This document shows positions 60,501 to 64,000 of a stretch of 64,000 bases of DNA, one piece after another; position 1 is the stretch's first letter; every line of letters begins with the position of its first letter. Where the stretch lies: positions 34,596,001-34,660,000 of the forward strand of contig CM060731.1 in NCBI GenBank assembly GCA_030704615.1. The letters run 5' to 3'. The notes beneath the pieces were generated by a model that searched no databases, was not told the DNA's origin, and saw only the letters and a program-made list of their open reading frames with translations. Source of the DNA: Takakia lepidozioides. Taxonomy: Eukaryota; Plantae; Bryophyta. The position numbers and the translations under genes were made by a program.

Positions 60501-61115
60501 TCTTTCAAGAATGAGACTGAACAAAATCCATATTGAGCGTCAGAATCTGCTGATCATCATCACCCGAGAAACCAGATTCCGACCATGGGATGATTTCCAG
60601 GCTTGGCTGTCCCACCTGGGGCTCTGGCCCCTTTCCCAAGAGCGATCCCATGGCATGCACACCCTTTCCTTTCCCTCCCACAGATCCTCTACCTCTCTGG
60701 CCCGAATTACCCTGCTTTTTGCGCTGCATGCTACCCCTCGTCGACATTGCTGCCAACCAGGTACAAATGAAGTACAAGCTAAGCAGAAGCAAGCTACGCA
60801 CTAGCAGGAGTGAACGAGAGAGTGAGAGGGAAAGCAAGACCTGGAGACCGGAAATGGGGGGGTCTCCTGCGCAGGCAGTGAAGTAACTGACCATCAGATC
60901 TCTGCGCAGGAAATGGGGGTTGCTTGCCATCAAAGACCTTCCCGCATTAACTCAATGCCAGTGGGTATAAGTCCACGGAAGGGAGGAGAGGCCAAGCGCG
61001 CAAATTCCCATGCACAAGCTTGAACTGGCAATGTGGTTGGCATCATCCTTTCACCAGCAGCTTAATGCATACTGGAGGCCCGGACCTAACAGATTGAGAG
61101 CTCCAGGCACACAGA
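57570..61115 (-). mobile_element. Internally deleted L1: ORF1 plus the extreme ORF2 C-terminus and 3' UTR, without EN or RT
   Basis: ORF 60524-59223 has an L1 ORF1-like region and the knuckle CFACNGEGHVKSEC. 58660-58890 and 58097-58200 are homologous to 32130-32355 and 31600-31700 of the other L1. The 5' boundary is approximate. Confidence 0.75.
57602..58096. mobile_element. hAT-type MITE inserted into the 3' end of a LINE
   Basis: Termini CAGTGTTGG...CCAACACTG with a perfect 8-bp TSD ATTAAGAC (57594-57601 and 58097-58104). Many internal CTGGTAT/ATACCAG motifs. Confidence 0.9.
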
Positions 61116-63259
61116 GACACCCCCACGTTTGTAAGATCTATGGTTGTCCGTTTGGTCGTGGTCTTTTTATTCAAAGCATGTGAGACCTCTGTACCTGATT
61201 TGGACTTGCGTGCATTTTGAGGTGCCTTGGGACATCTTGCAACACCATATGCAATTCCCGGACCATTCTATGGACGGGGCCACGCAAACTTGGGGGGCTT
61301 ATTTACTTAGATATAATATAGTGTTTTATTAATTAATAGAGATATGGTTTATGTCATCTTTTGCATTTTCTAGGGGCCTACTTACAGAGCCCACCAATAA
61401 GTAGTAAGTAAGGTACTTACTAATAGATACTAGAGTAGGGGGGTTGGTAGAACGTGAGCACACCGGTGAGCACAAATGGCCTGAGCACAAACCCACAGTC
61501 ATGGGCGTTTTATATTTTTAAATCGCGGTGATAGGAGCTCTATGTTTTCAAAACGGAATAAAATCCCAAAACCCTAATGCGAAATAGACACCCATAATGT
61601 ATATGTACAAGCTTCAAGTTCCATATATCTACAACTTTGGTATTCTACAAAAGAATAACTCATTAGAGAAAAGCAAAGTCACAACAACCAACACCATCCA
61701 AAACACACAAATATCAAACAATAGTTGAACAATTTAATATAATGAGGCAAACAACGGGTTTCGTAAACGAAATAAATCAAGGTATCGGGTTTCTCCAGCG
61801 AAATAGTGGAGTTTGCCAATGGAATAATGGATTTCGCCAGCGAAATAGTGGGTTTTGGCGGCGAAATTTCCAGACATTGTTGCGTAGGTTATTATCCTAT
61901 GGTTTCGTGGGCGAAATAATATGCATTGTGTTTGGTGATAGGGTGACTGACCCACGGAAATAGGGTGACTAACCCATCTATGTGTGGCTTGTGCTCACGT
62001 GAGCACAAGTCTCCTCATGTGGGGACAATTTGGTCCCCCCTAAGCACTTTCCAATTTTAGTTTCGTCGCAACATCTTTTTGGGAATATTCATGAATTTTC
62101 GGGCATTTTGTCTTATGGTCTTATGCTCACGGGAGGGCATAGCGACTTGAGTGCACTACCCAACCTCCTAGAGTAGTAAAGACGAGGACATTCACGTCCC
62201 TTATATAGCCTTTGAGGACATTCACGTCCCTTATATAGCCTTTGAGGGCGGTGGGCCCGACCCCATGAAGTGGCCTTGGAGCCTTCTAGAAGACCGCTCA
62301 GACCCGACACATGTCATACCCTAATCACCCCTATTCCCACCACTTGACACCTCTACTCTAAGTACCCAAATTGCGCCCAAACCATCCGCCATTTAATAAA
62401 GTTATCCGGAAAGTGCCAAAAACTGACCCACAGTTTTGCCAAAAGTGGGGACCAGTTAAGAAACTTGGGACCAAACTCATACAAAGGAATAAAACACGGG
62501 ATGAAACTAGTTTGAGCACCAAAACCGGTGGTCAAACTAGTTTTATACCCAGTTTGGGTTTTGCTGAGTCACGCCCCGTAGCGCCGAGCGACCCGCGAGC
62601 AGCAAGCTGCGAGATCGCTACTACACCTGCGTGAAAAAGTAGAGTATTTGCAAGACTCATGCCCAGTTTGGCAAACTCATGCCCAATTTTGTTGACTTTG
62701 CTGTTTGCACTCAAATTGGGGATGAAACACAGGTTACAGGTCCAACCTGGAGACCAAACTCGGCATGACTTTAAGGATAACTTTAATAACTCTTATTTTT
62801 TATTTTTCTTTAAATTTTATCCCCTTAAACAATGGAGTATGTAGCTTACTATATGCTCCCGCTTTTTAATACAGGCTCGCAGGTGAGAGGGGAGCAGCGG
62901 GAGGTGGGGATTTGACAGCGCACCCTGTCGGGACGTCGCCCCACGTTTGCATTCAACTCGTCGGGTAAGCGTAGCCTAAATGAGGTAGTATTTATCCAAG
63001 TGAACAACAATAATGTAATGCACGCGTGCAATTTGACAACATTTTTGCCGGATTTCGACATAGTCTTAGGATTATTTTCTGCCACCCCCCTTACTGGGGA
63101 CTCCGCAATCTAGTAAAGACAATGATTGACGAGTTACGACTACAGTAGTTTAGTGTGTAAGCCTCTCTCGAAATAATGGCTGGACATTTAGTATTTCGTT
63201 ATCCCACTGAAATGTACGGAGAGCAAAGAATGAATTGGAAAAATGGCATTTCAAATCTC

Positions 63260-64000
63260 TAAGTCAGAAATCTGCCCAGGCCATTCGCTTGAGCCCCCCT
63301 TTGTTGCCTTGAGCACGTTGGGGTAGTGGTTGTTGTTGGCTAGGAGCACAACACCAAAGGATGCGCCTCCTACTTGCCAGAGGTGTGAAAACCATACAGG
63401 GCACTAAATTTCGTGCCCTTATGTCAGGTATTCCAGCATACAGAGTTGTTGGAATGAGGCCAGTATGTAGGTTTTGGCTCAGTCGCTCTTCAACTGCGTG
63501 CACACTGTGATGTATGTTGAGATGGTGTTGCTTGTGTAATCTGTACATCAAAACTGGTTACTTTGTCTGCTTCTCAAGCAAGATGTCAGTGACTTCGACT
63601 AGTATTGCAAACTGGCTATATGGGGCTGCTCATATGACAATGCACTTGCACCAGGCTTGGCAATATACTTTCAGATTGTGACCTTGCTGAACCCATCATT
63701 ATGTTGTTTTTGCAATGTAGCTCCCCTTCTTACCACCCTTTACGGGGATCATTTGCTTTGTCCAAAGATAGAGATATGTTGGGATGGATGGCAGAACCTT
63801 GTGGTAGCAAAGAAAGAGAGCGCAGGGGCCTACACGTTAACTCATCATGACAGCGGCCATGCCTTGCTTTGCAGGGTACAGTCCATGGATGCCCTTCACT
63901 ATACTATCAGATCTGATGGTGGAATGGTAGAGAAGGTTTATTGGCAATGGGAGAACTTTTCTTGACCCCCTGGATCTGAACTTGTCATGCTGGAGACAGT
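63260..64000. repeat. Start of a third copy of the local duplication unit
   Basis: 63265-63380 resembles C14-reductase intron sequence at 25167-25225. 63430-64000 aligns with 27748-28300 and 54000-54400. Confidence 0.85.

Noticed and set aside
61431-62360. Possible hAT element with TAGAGTAG...CTACTCTA termini
   Set aside because: The flanks (ATAGATAC vs AGTACCCA) do not form a TSD. The region is probably repeat-derived, but its boundaries are unsupported.

Overview
This is eukaryotic land-plant nuclear DNA with spliceosomal introns, (GA)n microsatellites and many transposons. A non-seed plant such as a fern or lycophyte is likely, but that is inference. Host genes: an R3H + G-patch protein gene (-, ~12216-3951) lies head-to-head with a five-exon DPY-30-domain gene (+, 13072-18099) that has a 34-aa Pro/Ala/Lys tandem-repeat tail. 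An intact 13-exon sterol C14-reductase gene (FACKEL/ERG24 type, -, 25923-20313) follows, then two paralogous carbonyl-reductase-type SDR genes, one frameshifted (30741-28823) and one intact (56967-54937). The block [C14-reductase part + intergenic sequence + SDR] is locally duplicated at ~51490-57050, where the C14-reductase copy is decayed, and a third unit starts at ~63260. The rest is nested mobile DNA: a hAT element containing a PIF/Harbinger element, RTE-X-like LINEs in a DPY-30 intron, a truncated L1, and a non-chromovirus Ty3/gypsy element with extra ORFs and a long integrase C-terminal extension. There are also chromovirus-type fragments, a MULE-like MITE, a hAT MITE and an ORF1-only ('half-L1') LINE derivative. 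Exons and element ends were read by eye; coordinates marked ~ are approximate. No RNA genes or CRISPR arrays are supported.
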